Below the pieces are notes generated by a model, which ran no database searches, was not told where the DNA came from, and saw only the letters and a program-made list of their open reading frames with translations. Source: Vulcanimicrobiota bacterium (GTDB lineage Bacteria > Vulcanimicrobiota > Vulcanimicrobiia > Vulcanimicrobiales > Vulcanimicrobiaceae). From it: a DNA stretch of 64,000 bases. Position numbers and translations under genes: made by a program. This document shows, piece by piece, positions 8,313-18,702 of the stretch. Every line of letters begins with the position of its first letter. Within the stretch, counting starts at the first letter, position 1. The stretch is taken from contig CAWIST010000003.1 of the NCBI GenBank assembly GCA_963838895.1, positions 8,552 through 72,551 on the forward strand, written 5' to 3'.

Positions 8313-9605
8313 TCATCGCATGAAGCCTTTGTAATCGCGCATGGCAAGACGCGCCTCGATTTGATTGATCGTGTCGAGAGCGACGCCGACGACGATCAAG
8401 AGCGACGTCGAGCCGAGGTAAAAGGTCGTCACGCTCAAGCCTTGCTGCAACACGCTGGGGAGGACGGCGAGGATGCCGAGGTAGATCGCGGCCGCGGTCG
8501 TGATGCGATAGAGAATCTTGTTCAGGTAATCGACCGTCGGCTGCCCGGGGCGGATGCCCGGGATGAACGACCCGGATTTCTTCAGGTTGTCGGCGACGTC
8601 GCGCGTGTTGAGCACGATCGAGCTGTAGAAGAACGTGAAGACCACGACCAACAAGAAGTAGACCGTGTTGTACAGCAGCGTGTTCGGAGCGAAGTAGACG
8701 CTCAACCAGTTCGAAACGGCGGCGAACGGCCCGGTCGCGCCCCCCGTGCGGCTGAACCACGAGAGCGCTTGCTGCGGCAAGAGCAGGATGGAGATCGCGA
8801 AGATGATCGAGATGACGCCCGCGTTGTTCAGACGTAACGGGATGTACGTCGAGCGCCCCGCAAACATCTTGCGCCCTACGACGCGCCTCGCCTGTTGCAC
8901 CGGAACGCGCCGCTGGCCCTGGTAGAGAAAGACGATCGATACGATGATGACGATCGCCATCACCACGTAGAGGACGAGGTTCAGCAGGCTCAATCCGCCC
9001 TGGGAAGCCGTCGAGTAGGTCTGCGTCACGTACGTCGGATAGCGAAGCACGATGCCGATGAAGATGATGAGCGAGACGCCGTTCCCGATGCCCCGATCGG
9101 TGATTTGCTCGCCGAGCCACATCAGGAACATCGTGCCCGCGACCATCGCAAAAACCGCGAACAGAAAATAGGCCAGGCTCGTATCGTAGAAAACGTGGTT
9201 CGCGCGCATGGAGTTGGCCATGAACGTCGCCTGGACGGTTGCCAGGACGATCGTCAGCCAGCGCGTGTACTGACCGATTTTCTTACGGCCTTCCTCGCCG
9301 CCTTTCTTCGCCAGTTCCTCGAGGTGAGGCAACACGACCGTCATCAGTTGCATGATGATCGATGCGTTGATGAAGGGCGTGATGCCCATCGCGATGACCG
9401 AGAGCCGCTGCAACGCTCCGCCCGAGAGAAAGCCGAGCAAATTGAAAAAGATGCCGCTCTGCAGGACTTGCTGCCACGCCGCCTGGTTCACGTTCGGCAG
9501 CTGGACGTGGATCATGAAGATGAACCACGCGAAGGCAAAGAGTACGAACCCGACGCGCTTGCGAATGTCCGGAACGAGTAGCGCCGCGCGCAGGTTGTTC
9601 AGCAA
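8313..9605 (-). CDS. secY: Preprotein translocase subunit SecY
   Basis: 430-aa ORF with 10 TM segments and the conserved position between rplO and adk. Confidence 0.95.
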   Translation of the reverse strand: MLNNLRAALLVPDIRKRVGFVLFAFAWFIFMIHVQLPNVNQAAWQQVLQSGIFFNLLGFLSGGALQRLSVIAMGITPFINASIIMQLMTVVLPHLEELAKKGGEEGRKKIGQYTRWLTIVLATVQATFMANSMRANHVFYDTSLAYFLFAVFAMVAGTMFLMWLGEQITDRGIGNGVSLIIFIGIVLRYPTYVTQTYSTASQGGLSLLNLVLYVVMAIVIIVSIVFLYQGQRRVPVQQARRVVGRKMFAGRSTYIPLRLNNAGVISIIFAISILLLPQQALSWFSRTGGATGPFAAVSNWLSVYFAPNTLLYNTVYFLLVVVFTFFYSSIVLNTRDVADNLKKSGSFIPGIRPGQPTVDYLNKILYRITTAAAIYLGILAVLPSVLQQGLSVTTFYLGSTSLLIVVGVALDTINQIEARLAMRDYKGFMR

Positions 9606-10289
9606 CTAGGCTGCCTCTTCGAACCGCGCGCCCGCGGCGACGAGCGCCTCGCGCGCGCTCTGCGAGAAGAGAACGTCGCGGAATCGCAGGCCCTGCGGTA
9701 AGGTCTTGCCCGCCTTCGAGCTGCCGAGGATCTTTACCCCGTCGCCGATGCGCTTGAGCAACCCGCGCTCGCGTAGCGACTCCGGCGAAACCTCGATCCG
9801 GGCATCCCATTGCGCGAGTTGGTGCAGATTCACAACCGCATAACGCGAGCGGAAATGTCCGATGTCGCGCGCTTTCTGCGAATATCCGCGCCGATGCGGC
9901 AGGCGCCGCGCCCACGGCGTTTGGCCGCCTTCAAAGGTACGGCCCTTCCCGCCGCCCGAGCGAACGGTCTGCCCTTTGCCGCCTTCACCGCCGGTCTTCA
10001 CCATGCCGGATCCGTGCCCGCGCCCGATGCGCTGACGCTTCGGGCGGCTTCCGGGCGCGGGGCGCAACCCCCCGAGCTTCATCACGCTCGCCCCGAGTGC
10101 GGCAATGGCGCTCGCGACGGACGCTTTGGTCGCAGCCGGTTTTGCAGGAGCCTTCTTCGCGACGCTCTTCTTTGCGACGCTCTTCTTCGCCGCGCGCGGT
10201 TTCGCCGGCGCCTTCTTCATCGCGGTCGCGGGGCGCGCGGGGGCTTCCTTTGCTTTCTTTGCTTTCTTTGCTTTCTTCTTTTGCGCCAT
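9606..10289 (-). CDS. rplO: 50S ribosomal protein L15 with a ~69-aa Lys/Ala-rich N-terminal extension
   Basis: The canonical L15 starts at M70 (MKLGGLRPAPGSRPKRQRIGRGHGSG...). The upstream in-frame [20 protein letters not shown]...AKKSVAKKSVAKKAPAKPAATKA starts at an ATG that overlaps the rpsE stop (TAATG). Confidence 0.85.
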   Translation of the reverse strand: MAQKKKAKKAKKAKEAPARPATAMKKAPAKPRAAKKSVAKKSVAKKAPAKPAATKASVASAIAALGASVMKLGGLRPAPGSRPKRQRIGRGHGSGMVKTGGEGGKGQTVRSGGGKGRTFEGGQTPWARRLPHRRGYSQKARDIGHFRSRYAVVNLHQLAQWDARIEVSPESLRERGLLKRIGDGVKILGSSKAGKTLPQGLRFRDVLFSQSAREALVAAGARFEEAA

Positions 10290-10801
10290 TACGCCGCAAA
10301 AATCTCCTTGACGCTCTTGCCGCGCAATGCGGCAACCCGTTCCGCAGTCTTGAGCGACCTCAACGCCTCGATCGTCGCAAGCACGACGTTGATTGGATTG
10401 TTCGTGCCGAGCGATTTCGTGAGGATATCGTGGATGCCGGCCAACTCGAGCACCGCGCGCATCGAACCACCTGCGATCACGCCGGTTCCCGGAGCAGCAG
10501 GCTTGAGCATCACGCGAGCGGAACCGACCTGATGCGTGATCGCGTGCGGAATCGTCTTCTCGACCATCGGAACCGTGACGAGCGCTCGCCGCGCCTTTTC
10601 GACGCCTTTGCGAATCGCCTCGGGCACCTCACCCGCTTTGCCGATGGCGAAACCGACGCGCCCGTTGCGGTCGCCGACGACGACCAGCGCGCTGAAACTG
10701 AAGCGTTTGCCGCCTTTGACGACCTTCGCAACGCGATTGACGCGCACGACGGTTTCTTCAAATCCACTGCCGTCGCGTTCGCGACCGCCTCGATACTGCA
10801 T
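10289..10801 (-). CDS. rpsE: 30S ribosomal protein S5
   Basis: ORF trimmed to the ATG at 10801 ([36 protein letters not shown]...). GGAGG lies 8 nt upstream, after the rplR stop. Confidence 0.92.
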   Translation of the reverse strand: MQYRGGRERDGSGFEETVVRVNRVAKVVKGGKRFSFSALVVVGDRNGRVGFAIGKAGEVPEAIRKGVEKARRALVTVPMVEKTIPHAITHQVGSARVMLKPAAPGTGVIAGGSMRAVLELAGIHDILTKSLGTNNPINVVLATIEALRSLKTAERVAALRGKSVKEIFAA

Positions 10802-10814
10802 GTACACTAGCCTC

Positions 10815-11177
10815 CTAGAATTCCAATCCTGCTTCGCGTGCCGCATCCGCCAGCGCGCGCACGCGTCCGTGGTATTTGTAACCGCCGCGATCGAAGACGA
10901 CCTGCGTTACGCCCGCCGCTTTGGCCTTTGCCGCAATCGCCGCTCCCACGGCCTTTGCCGCGTCGACGCTGGTATGCGAACGCGAGCCGCCGGCGACGGT
11001 CGCGTCGCGCGTCGACGCGGCAACCAGCGTATGCCCGCGGCTGTCGTCGACGACGCCGGCGTAGATGTGGTGCAGCGTGCGCCGCACGAACAAGCGTGGC
11101 CGCGCCGGCGTTCCGGCGACCTTGCGGCGAAGGCGCTCGTGACGCGAGCGGCGCGCCGTTTCTTTCGAACGTGCCAT
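10815..11177 (-). CDS. rplR: 50S ribosomal protein L18
   Basis: [45 protein letters not shown]... Confidence 0.95.
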   Translation of the reverse strand: MARSKETARRSRHERLRRKVAGTPARPRLFVRRTLHHIYAGVVDDSRGHTLVAASTRDATVAGGSRSHTSVDAAKAVGAAIAAKAKAAGVTQVVFDRGGYKYHGRVRALADAAREAGLEF

Positions 11178-11728
11178 TACTTCTTGCCCGCCTTCGCAGC
11201 CTTCCCGAGCTTCTTGCGCACGATCTCGCCTTCGTACCGGATGCCCTTGCCTTTGTACGGCTCGGGCGGACGCAACGCCCGAATTTCGGCGGCGACTTGC
11301 CCCACGCGCTGCTTGTCGATGCCGTCGATGTGAATCTTGTTCTGCCCCTCGACCGAGAGCGCGATCCCTTTGGGCGGCGCAAAGACAACCGGGTGCGAGT
11401 AGCCCAGGCTCAGGTTGAGCCGTTCGCCCGCCTTGGCGGCGCGATAACCGACGCCTTGCAGCTCCAGGCTCTTACGAAAGCCCTTGCTCACGCCTTCGAT
11501 CATGTTCGCGATCAACGTGCGCGTGAGGCCGTGCGCCGCGCGGTGTTCGCGCGCTTCGCCACGCTGCAGCACGTGCACCGTCGGACCGTCGATCTTCACC
11601 TCGACGATGTTGCGAAGGATTCGCTCGCTGAGTTCACCCTTCGGTCCCTTCACGTGCACTTCTCCATCGTCGACGGTGACGTTGACACCGTCAGGCACTC
11701 GAACGGGAAGCTTACCAGTGCGTGACAT
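11177..11728 (-). CDS. rplF: 50S ribosomal protein L6
   Basis: [33 protein letters not shown]... Confidence 0.95.
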   Translation of the reverse strand: MSRTGKLPVRVPDGVNVTVDDGEVHVKGPKGELSERILRNIVEVKIDGPTVHVLQRGEAREHRAAHGLTRTLIANMIEGVSKGFRKSLELQGVGYRAAKAGERLNLSLGYSHPVVFAPPKGIALSVEGQNKIHIDGIDKQRVGQVAAEIRALRPPEPYKGKGIRYEGEIVRKKLGKAAKAGKK

Positions 11729-11734
11729 CTCTGA

Positions 11735-12133
11735 TTACCACACGAAGGCGAGAACTTCGCCGCCAACGCCGAGTTTGCGCGCCCGCTTGCCGGACATGAT
11801 GCCCTGCGGGGTCGAGATGATCACCAACCCGAGGCCGCCCAAGACGCGCGGGATCGCCGTTCTCGGCGTATAGACCCGCAGGCCCGGTCGCGAGATGCGG
11901 CGCAGCCCCGTGATGACCTTTTCCTTTTCGGGGCCGTATCGAAGAGCGATGCGCAGCGTGCCCTGCGGGCCTTCGCTGATGCGTTCGACGCCGTTGATGA
12001 AGCCCTCGTCCTTGAGAATCTGCGCGATCGCGTACTTCACGCGCGAAGCGGGGACGTCTACCGTCGTGTGATTGGCGGTGTTCGCATTGCGAATCCGCGT
12101 GAGCATGTCGGCGATCGGATCGGTTACTGCCAT
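11735..12133 (-). CDS. rpsH: 30S ribosomal protein S8
   Basis: [33 protein letters not shown]... Confidence 0.95.
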   Translation of the reverse strand: MAVTDPIADMLTRIRNANTANHTTVDVPASRVKYAIAQILKDEGFINGVERISEGPQGTLRIALRYGPEKEKVITGLRRISRPGLRVYTPRTAIPRVLGGLGLVIISTPQGIMSGKRARKLGVGGEVLAFVW

Positions 12134-12148
12134 CTGTCGTTTACCTCG

Positions 12149-12334
12149 TCACCACGACGCCTTGGTCACGCCGGGAACAACGCCGAGATGCGCCCCCTCG
12201 CGGAAGCAGATGCGGCACATCGCAAAACGCCGCAGAAAGCCCCGCGGTCGCCCGCAGACCCTACAACGATTGTGGCGCCGAACGTTGAATTTCGGCGTAC
12301 GCCGCGCTTTGACGATCATGCTGGTCTTTGCCAT
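12149..12334 (-). CDS. rpsN: 30S ribosomal protein S14, zinc-binding short (type Z) form
   Basis: 61 aa with CRVCGRP...CRIC. Confidence 0.93.
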   Translation of the reverse strand: MAKTSMIVKARRTPKFNVRRHNRCRVCGRPRGFLRRFAMCRICFREGAHLGVVPGVTKASW

Positions 12335-12337
12335 GCG

Positions 12338-12895
12338 TTACTTTCTCCCGCGTTCGGCTTGAAGCGGCAAGCCCATCGCCACGAGGAACTCCGAAGCCTC
12401 TTCGTCGGTCTTCGCCGTGGTCACGATGGTAATGTCCATGCCGCGTGCCTTGTCCACTTTGTCGTAGTTGATCTCCGGGAACACGAGCTGCTCGCGAAGC
12501 CCAAGATTGTAGTTGCCGCGGCCGTCGAACGATTTCTGTGGTAGCCCGCGAAAGTCGCGGATGCGCGGCAGCACGATATTGAACAGTTTGTCGAGGAAGA
12601 TGTACATGCGGTCGCCGCGCAACGTCACCTTCGCCGCAATGTTCGTCCCTTCGCGCAGCTTGAATGCCGCGATCGACTTCTTCGCCTTGGCGACGACCGG
12701 CTTTTGGCCGGTGATCGCCGTCAACTCGGCGACGGCGGCGTCGAGCGCTTTCGGGTTCACGATCGCTTCACCGACGCTCATGTTCACGACGATCTTCTCC
12801 AGCTTCGGGATCTCGTTGACGTTGCCGTAGCCGAAGCGATCCTGCAATCGCTTGCGGATCTCGCTTTGATATCGTTCCTTCAAACGCGACGCCAT
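12338..12895 (-). CDS. rplE: 50S ribosomal protein L5
   Basis: [44 protein letters not shown]... Confidence 0.95.
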   Translation of the reverse strand: MASRLKERYQSEIRKRLQDRFGYGNVNEIPKLEKIVVNMSVGEAIVNPKALDAAVAELTAITGQKPVVAKAKKSIAAFKLREGTNIAAKVTLRGDRMYIFLDKLFNIVLPRIRDFRGLPQKSFDGRGNYNLGLREQLVFPEINYDKVDKARGMDITIVTTAKTDEEASEFLVAMGLPLQAERGRK

Positions 12896-12899
12896 GTTC

Positions 12900-13256
12900 T
12901 CACGCTCCCTTTGCCGACTCGCGCGCCGGTTCGCCGCATCGCACGCAGATGCGCGCGCGGCGATGTTCTTTGGTATCGCCGCGACGAAGCCGCGTCGGTG
13001 CCTTGCACGCTTCGCACACGTATTGCAGCGAGGAGAGCGGCAGCGGCGCTTCCTTCTCCACGATGCCGCCGGTTCGAGTCGAGGAGCCGATGTTTCCGGA
13101 CTGCTGCTGTGGCTTGGTATGGCGCTTGACGACGTTGACGCCCTCGACGGTTGCCGCGGCGAACGCCGGGAAGATCGCCTTCACGACGCCGCGCTTCCCT
13201 TTCTCTCTGCCGCGGCGCACCATCACGGTGTCGCCTTTGACAATCTGCGCTTTCAC
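12900..13256 (-). CDS. rplX: 50S ribosomal protein L24 (with C-terminal CxxC...CxxC ribbon)
   Basis: The GTG at 13256 overlaps the rplN stop (GTGA): (M)[27 protein letters not shown]...[11 protein letters not shown]...ICVRCGE. Confidence 0.9.
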   Translation of the reverse strand: MKAQIVKGDTVMVRRGREKGKRGVVKAIFPAFAAATVEGVNVVKRHTKPQQQSGNIGSSTRTGGIVEKEAPLPLSSLQYVCEACKAPTRLRRGDTKEHRRARICVRCGEPARESAKGA

Positions 13257-13630
13257 AGCATCTCCGGAGCGAGCGAGGCGATCTTCAGGAAGCCGCGATC
13301 GCGGAGTTCCCGCATCACGGGTCCGAAGACGCGCGTCCCGCGCGGATCGAGGTTGTCCTTTTCGCCCTTGATGATAACGCACGCGTTGTCATCGCAGCGC
13401 ACGACCGAGCCGTCCGAGCGGCGAATCGGCGCGGTCGTCCGCACGACGACGGCTTTGACGACCTGCCCCTTCTTTACGGCGGCGCCGGGGATCGCAGCCT
13501 TCACGGTGCCGACGACGACGTCTCCGACGTGTGCGTATTGATGCCGGCTTCCACCATGAATGTGAATCACCAGCAGTTCGCGCGCGCCGGAGTTGTCCGC
13601 AACTTTCAGACGGGTTTCTTGCTGGATCAC
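13253..13630 (-). CDS. rplN: 50S ribosomal protein L14
   Basis: The GTG at 13630 overlaps the rpsQ stop: (M)[23 protein letters not shown]... Confidence 0.92.
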   Translation of the reverse strand: MIQQETRLKVADNSGARELLVIHIHGGSRHQYAHVGDVVVGTVKAAIPGAAVKKGQVVKAVVVRTTAPIRRSDGSVVRCDDNACVIIKGEKDNLDPRGTRVFGPVMRELRDRGFLKIASLAPEML

Positions 13631-13893
13631 TTGGCCTTCTCCACGATCTCCAGCAGGCGCCAGCGCTTCTCGCGCGAGAGCGGCCGGCATTCCACGATCC
13701 GCACGACGTCGCCGATCTTCGCCTCGTTGCGCTCGTCGTGGGCTTTGAAACGCGCCGACTTCCGCACGATCTTGCCGTAGACGCGGTGCGGGACGCGCTT
13801 CTCCGAAACGACCACGATCGTCTTGTCCATCTTGTCCGAAGCGACGCGTCCTTGCTTGACGCGGCGCTTGCTCGCCTCTCTACGCTGCTCCAT
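13627..13893 (-). CDS. rpsQ: 30S ribosomal protein S17
   Basis: ATG at 13893: [41 protein letters not shown]... Confidence 0.9.
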   Translation of the reverse strand: MEQRREASKRRVKQGRVASDKMDKTIVVVSEKRVPHRVYGKIVRKSARFKAHDERNEAKIGDVVRIVECRPLSREKRWRLLEIVEKAK

Positions 13894-14102
13894 GTTGATC
13901 CTGCGCGAGCCGTTTCTCGGAGATGATCGTCTGAATCTGCGCATACGAACGGCGCATCTCGCGGATCTTGCTGAAATCCGTCAAGTGTCCGGTGCGAAGC
14001 GCAAAACGCAGGTTGAAGAGTTCCGACTTGGTTTCTTTGGCTTTCTGCTGCAGCTCCATGTACGCTGAGCATGCGCAGCTCGGCAAGCTCGTTCTTCTTC
14101 AT
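13880..14102 (-). pseudogene. rpmC: 50S ribosomal protein L29, one frameshift near 14060 in this sequence
   Basis: The ATG at 14102 (ATGA overlap with the restored rplP stop) reads [14 protein letters not shown]. The rest (ELQQKAKETKSELFNLRFALRTGHL...) is one nt out of frame. Span length is 223 nt. Confidence 0.85.
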
Positions 14103-14519
14103 GCGTTCGCCTCCTCACGGGTGATGATCCCGTCCCGATCGGCAGCTTCGAGGCGGCCCGCAGCAACGCTTCGCGCGCGCGTGACCGGCTCGACGCCGGC
14201 CAACTCGAAGAGCACGCGGCCCGGACGCACGACCGCGACCCAGCACTCGGGATTTCCCTTGCCCGAGCCCATGCGCACTTCCGCCGGCTTCTTGCGTCAC
14301 CGGCTTGTCGGGGAATACTTTGATCCAAACCTTTCCACCGCGTTTGATGTGCCGGGTCATCGCAATACGCGCGGCTTCGATCTGCCGGTTCGTCATCCAG
14401 CACGGTTCGAGTGCCTGCAGTCCGTACTCGCCAAATGTCAGCGAGTTGCCGCGCGTCGCCGCGCCGCGCATGCGGCCCCGTTGTGATTTGCGCCACTTCA
14501 CGCGTTTGGGGGTTAGCAT
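14099..14519 (-). pseudogene. rplP: 50S ribosomal protein L16, three frame changes (~14291, ~14175, ~14130) in this sequence
   Basis: Frame 1 reads [19 protein letters not shown]...[10 protein letters not shown]. The next frame reads [39 protein letters not shown], the next [14 protein letters not shown], and the last IITREEANA*. Span length is 421 nt. Confidence 0.85.
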
Positions 14520-15426
14520 TATTCGCCTACCTCTCCACTCGTAGCGCTCGTATCGAGCGCGGGTTCGAGCGCCGGTTCAATCGGTGCAGGCTCCAACGCG
14601 GGCTCGATCGGAGCCGGCTCCAATGCCGGTTCCGCGGGCGCGGGCTCCAATGCCGGCTCCACCGGGGCCGGTTGCAATGCAGCTTCGACCGGCTGTGGCT
14701 CGCGCGGTGCGCCGTTTTGCGGCGCGCGCGTGCGCCTCCGGCCGCCACGTTCGCGGCGCCGCTCGGAGCGATCCATACGATTTCCCTCGCCGCGGGGCTG
14801 ATCGGGCAGCACTTCGCCGCGATAGATCCACACCTTCACGCCGATCCGGCCGAAGGTCGTGAACGCTTCGACGTCCGCGTAGTCGATGTCCGCGCGCAGC
14901 GTGTGCAGCGGGACCTTGCCGTCGGGCTTCGCTCGGTGCGGGCGATCTCCGCGCCGCCGAGGCGACCTGAGACCTGCACCTTGACGCCGCGCGCACCGGC
15001 CTTCATCGAGCGCGAGATCGCCTGTTTCATCGCGCGGCGGAACGCAATGCGCTTCTCGAGCTGGTCGACGATGTTTTGGGCGACCAAACGCGCATCCAGC
15101 TCCGGATGCTTGATCTCCATCACGTTGACTTGAACGTTCTTGCGCGTCAACTGCTCGAGGCTCTTGCGGATATCCTCGATGCCGACCCCCCGCTTGCCGA
15201 TGATGATGCCCGGCTTGGCGGTGTTGACGATGACGCGCGCCTGATTGGCTCGGCGCTCGATCTCGACCTTGCTGATCGCGGCCGAACGCATCCAGCGGTT
15301 GAAGAATTTGCGAATGGCAACGTCCTCGTGCAACCACTCGACATAGTGCTTTTTCTCGAACCAGCGGCTGTCCCACGTGCGCGTGATGCCCAAGCGCATG
15401 CCGACCGGGTGAATCTTCTGTCCCAT
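14519..15426 (-). pseudogene. rpsC: 30S ribosomal protein S3, frameshift near 14930, with a repetitive C-terminal tail
   Basis: [23 protein letters not shown]...[11 protein letters not shown] is in the frame of ORF 14836..15660. [39 protein letters not shown]... is in the frame of ORF 14519..15376. Confidence 0.88.
14555..14700 (-). repeat. In-frame ~27-nt tandem repeats encoding (EPALEPAPx)n in the S3 tail
   Basis: The translation reads [37 protein letters not shown]. Confidence 0.6.
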
Positions 15427-15436
15427 TGACTTCCTT

Positions 15437-15865
15437 TTAAGCTCCCGCCGCGGCCGCTGCCGCCCGCTTGCGCGCGCGCGACGGCGTCCGATGCGGATGC
15501 GCGCTCGAGGAAACGGCGGCGCCGGGTCGCGCACGCCGCGTACGCTTCGGCGGCTGCTCTCCGACGACGACGGTGACGTGCGAGAGACGCTTGCGCTTGA
15601 AGTACGCTCGCCCTTGCGCGCGCGGATCGAGCCGTTTGGTAAAGCGTCCACCCGGGCCACCGTCGACGGTGATCCGGACGATGTACAGCTCGTCCGTGTT
15701 CATATTGTGGTTCGTTCCGGCGTTGGCCACCGCACTTCGCACGAGCCGTTCGATCGGCTCGGCCGCATACACGTCGGCGAACTTCAAGAGCACGAGCGCT
15801 TCGCGAACGTTCTTGCCGCGAATCGCATCGGCGATGCGGCGCAGCTTGCGAGGCGCCATGCGCAC
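15437..15865 (-). CDS. rplV: 50S ribosomal protein L22; the true N-terminus probably extends to the GTG at 15909 through a frameshift
   Basis: (M)[28 protein letters not shown]... The in-frame upstream codons ([12 protein letters not shown]) look like L22 but carry no start. The GTG at 15909, overlapping the rpsS stop (GTGA), is in another frame. Confidence 0.85.
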   Translation of the reverse strand: MRMAPRKLRRIADAIRGKNVREALVLLKFADVYAAEPIERLVRSAVANAGTNHNMNTDELYIVRITVDGGPGGRFTKRLDPRAQGRAYFKRKRLSHVTVVVGEQPPKRTRRARPGAAVSSSAHPHRTPSRARKRAAAAAAGA

Positions 15866-15905
15866 GAACCGCAGGTGCGCGACGGCTTGCGGGGCCGCGC
15901 TCGCG

Positions 15906-16184
15906 TCACGTCTTGACCGCCGCCTTCTCGCCGCCGTGGCTGCGGAAGACGCGCGTCGGTGCGAACTCGCCCAGCTTGTGCCCGACCATGTTCTCGGTGA
16001 TGTAGACCGGTACGTGCGTCTTCCCGTTGTGCACGCCGATGGTGTGACCGACCATCGCCGGAACGATCGTCGTCGCGCGGCTCCACGTCCGAATGACGCG
16101 CCGCTCGCGAGTCTCGTTCAGTTTCTCGATCTTCTTCAACAGGTGCTCTGCGACGAAAGGTCCCTTCTTCAGCGATCGACCCAC
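15906..16184 (-). CDS. rpsS: 30S ribosomal protein S19
   Basis: [24 protein letters not shown]... Confidence 0.95.
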   Translation of the reverse strand: MGRSLKKGPFVAEHLLKKIEKLNETRERRVIRTWSRATTIVPAMVGHTIGVHNGKTHVPVYITENMVGHKLGEFAPTRVFRSHGGEKAAVKT

Positions 16185-17011
16185 TTACGATTTCCTCTTC
16201 CGTACGATCATCGGCGTCGTGCGCTTGTTGCGCCGCGTCTTCTTGCCCATCGTCATCACGCCCCACGGCGTCGTCGGCGGACGACCCGACGTCGAGCGTG
16301 CCTCGCCGCCGCCGTGCGGATGGTCGACCGGGTTCATCGCGATGCCGCGCACGCTCGGGCGCTTGCCCAGATGACGCGAACGCCCCGCCTTCCCGATGAT
16401 CTGGTTCTCGTGCTCGATGTTGCCGAGCTGGCCGATCGTCGCGCGGCAGTCGATGTGAATCTTGCGCACTTCACCGGACGGCATGCGCACCTGCGAGTAC
16501 GGCTCTTCTTTTGCCATCAGCTGCGCACCGACGCCGGCCGAGCGCACGAGCCGCCCGCCTTGGCCGGGCCGCAGCTCGATGTTGTGGATCACGGTGCCGA
16601 CCGGAATGCTCTTAATCGGCAGCGCGTTGCCGGTCTTGATGTCGGCATTCGGCCCCGACTCGACGACGTCGCCGACCTGCAGGCCGAGCGGTGCGAGAAT
16701 GTACCGCTTCTCGCCGTCGCGATAGTGCAGCAGCGCGATCCGGGCCGAGCGGTTCGGATCGTATTCGATCGTCGCGACCTTCGCCGGGACGCCGTCCTTA
16801 CGCGCGCTTGAAATCGATCGAAACGATATTGCTTGCGCGTTCCGCCGCCTTTGTGGCGCACGGTGATGTGGCCGTTGAAGTTGCGTCCGGAATGCTTCTT
16901 GCGAACCTCGATCAGCGACCGCTCCGGCTCGACTTTGCTCAGTTCGGAAAAATCCAGCGTGGTGATGAAGCGCCGGCCCGGACTCGTTGGTCTGTACTTC
17001 TTGACGGGCAT
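16185..17011 (-). pseudogene. rplB: 50S ribosomal protein L2, two single-nt insertions (~16820 and ~16800) in this sequence
   Basis: [15 protein letters not shown]...GGGTRKQYR runs from the ATG at 17011. IDFKRA is in the +1 frame. [37 protein letters not shown]...[13 protein letters not shown]... is in the frame of ORF 16185..16592. Span length is 827 nt. Confidence 0.88.
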
Positions 17012-17319
17012 TATTGCTCGAAATAATTCACGCCGCCGAGTTCGATCTTCTGACCGCTCTTCAGCGTGACCACGGCTTTCTTGAAATCGCTCTGCCGCCC
17101 GCTCGTGCGGACGCGGCCGCGCGCGAAGTTCCGCGCCTTGCCCCGAACGTTGGCGGTGTTGACCTTGACGACGTTCACCTTGAAGATCTCTTCGATCGCG
17201 TGGCGGATCTGCGTCTTGGTCGCCTCGGGGTGCACCGCGAAGGTATATTGCGTCTCGAGCGCCTTCGACATCGACTTCTCGGTGATGCGCGGCGAGAGGA
17301 TTACGTCGCGAGCGTCCAT
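17011..17319 (-). CDS. rplW: 50S ribosomal protein L23
   Basis: [35 protein letters not shown]... Confidence 0.95.
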   Translation of the reverse strand: MDARDVILSPRITEKSMSKALETQYTFAVHPEATKTQIRHAIEEIFKVNVVKVNTANVRGKARNFARGRVRTSGRQSDFKKAVVTLKSGQKIELGGVNYFEQ

Positions 17320-17969
17320 CAGCTCTTCCCCTTGGTAAGCGCATCCACGATGGCATCGTATGCCGCCGTCGTCAGCACGAGGCGCTCGAAGCGCAGCACG
17401 TCCTTGACGTCGAGGGCGCCGGTGTCCGTAACCGCGACGCGGCGCAGGTTGCGAGCCGTCCGCGCAATGGCCGCGACATTCGCCTCGCCGGGCGCGTGCA
17501 CGATCAGCGTCTTAGGGCCCGACGAGGCGGCTTTGCGGCTGCCGAAGATCAGCTGCACGCAATCCACCGTCTTGGCCGGAACGAACGTCGACGCGTCCAG
17601 CAGCGTCACCGCATCGTTGCCGAAGCGCTCCGCGAGCGCGGCGATGATCGCGCTACGCCGCTCCTTCTTGTTCAAACCTTCCGCGTAGCTGCGCGGCTGC
17701 GGGCCGAACACGACGCCGCCGTGGCGCCATTGCGGGGAGCGAATCGAGCCTTGGCGCGCGCGCCCCGTTCCCTTCTGTCTCCACGGTTTCCGCCCGCCGC
17801 CCGCGACCTCGTCGCGCTTCTTGGTCGATGCGGTGCCGGCACGGGCGTTGGCAAACTCACGATGCACCGCGCGAAAAATCACGTGCCGCGGCAGCTCGTT
17901 GTTCGTGAAGATCTCGTGCGTCGGGACCTCGCGCACGACGGCCCCGCTTCCGTCGATGACGTTCGGCAT
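17319..17969 (-). CDS. rplD: 50S ribosomal protein L4
   Basis: ...GGGRKPWRQKGTGRARQGSIRSPQWRHGGVVFGP... Confidence 0.95.
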   Translation of the reverse strand: MPNVIDGSGAVVREVPTHEIFTNNELPRHVIFRAVHREFANARAGTASTKKRDEVAGGGRKPWRQKGTGRARQGSIRSPQWRHGGVVFGPQPRSYAEGLNKKERRSAIIAALAERFGNDAVTLLDASTFVPAKTVDCVQLIFGSRKAASSGPKTLIVHAPGEANVAAIARTARNLRRVAVTDTGALDVKDVLRFERLVLTTAAYDAIVDALTKGKS

Positions 17970-18610
17970 CAGGCGCGCGCCCCCGCAGGTTTCCCCTTCA
18001 CGCTCGACCGCACGATGACCAACCCATTCTTCGCGCCGGGAACCGGGCCGCGGACGAGCAAGAGATTTCGCTCGGAATCGGCGCGCACGACCTCCAAGTT
18101 TTGCTGGGTCGTCCGATCGCTTCCGTAGTGCCCGGGACGACGGCTACCGGGCGTCGTGCGCCCGGCGTTGGTGTCGCCGTTCGACGCCGGCTGGCGATGG
18201 ATCATCGATCCATGGCTCGCGCCGCCGCCGCTGAAGTTGTGACGCTTGATGGCGCCGGAGAAGCCGTGTCCTTTGGAGACGCCGATCACGTCCACGCGGT
18301 CGCCGGGTTCGAAGCCCGAGACCGTCACTGTGGTGCCGACCTCCAGATCCTCGATGCCGTCGCGAAACTCGCGGACGAAGCGGACGGGGTCGACGCCTTG
18401 CTTCTTATAATGACCAACCAGCGCGCGCGTGACGCGGCGCCGTTTCGGCGTGCCGAATCCGAGCGCGACGGCCTCGTAGCCGTGCTTCTCTTTCGTCCGC
18501 CGCTCCACGACCGTGCAGGGACCTGCTTCGATCACCGTGACCGGCACGAAGCGCCCGTCCTCGGTAAAGTAGCTGGTCATCCCAACCTTCCGGCCCAGGA
18601 TGTTCTTCAT
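17969..18610 (-). CDS. rplC: 50S ribosomal protein L3
   Basis: ORF trimmed to the ATG at 18610 (MKNILGRKVGMTSYFTEDGRFVPVTVIEAGPC...). GGAGGG RBS. Confidence 0.93.
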   Translation of the reverse strand: MKNILGRKVGMTSYFTEDGRFVPVTVIEAGPCTVVERRTKEKHGYEAVALGFGTPKRRRVTRALVGHYKKQGVDPVRFVREFRDGIEDLEVGTTVTVSGFEPGDRVDVIGVSKGHGFSGAIKRHNFSGGGASHGSMIHRQPASNGDTNAGRTTPGSRRPGHYGSDRTTQQNLEVVRADSERNLLLVRGPVPGAKNGLVIVRSSVKGKPAGARA

Positions 18611-18673
18611 GACCCTCCAGAAACACACGGATCCAGGCGTACTGCTCGCGCCACCCCGGATCACAACCTCGGC

Positions 18674-18702
18674 ACTATATCAAGCCGGCCTCACCCCGTC
18701 AA
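18674..18702 (-). promoter_or_regulatory. Sigma70-type promoter upstream of rplC (TTGACG-N17-TATAGT)
   Basis: Minus strand reads cgcTTGACGgggtgaggccggcttgaTATAGTgcc, ~60 nt before the rplC ATG. The architecture is almost the same as the site upstream of rpsL. Confidence 0.5.

Noticed and set aside
8297-8347. The ATG at 8347 as the adk start (ORF-track coordinates).
   Set aside because: It would overlap secY by 35 nt and add 17 residues (MPCAITKASCDEPPERL) before the P-loop strand, with no counterpart in adenylate kinases. The GTG at 8296 fits better, but this is not proven.
12149-12334. The short 61-aa S14 as a truncated gene.
   Set aside because: It is the standard zinc-binding type-Z S14 found in many bacteria.
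12900-13040. The C-terminal CxxC...CxxC zinc ribbon on L24 as a novelty.
   Set aside because: The same feature is present in Thermus thermophilus L24 (ICPACGKPTRV...VCAKCGG) and other lineages, so it is a known variant.
13880-17011. Programmed ribosomal frameshifting or other recoding as the explanation for the broken r-protein genes and rpoC.
   Set aside because: The shifts hit many unrelated genes in both directions. They often occur as nearby compensating pairs, and I could see no slippery heptamers or downstream stimulators. Sequence error is far more parsimonious.
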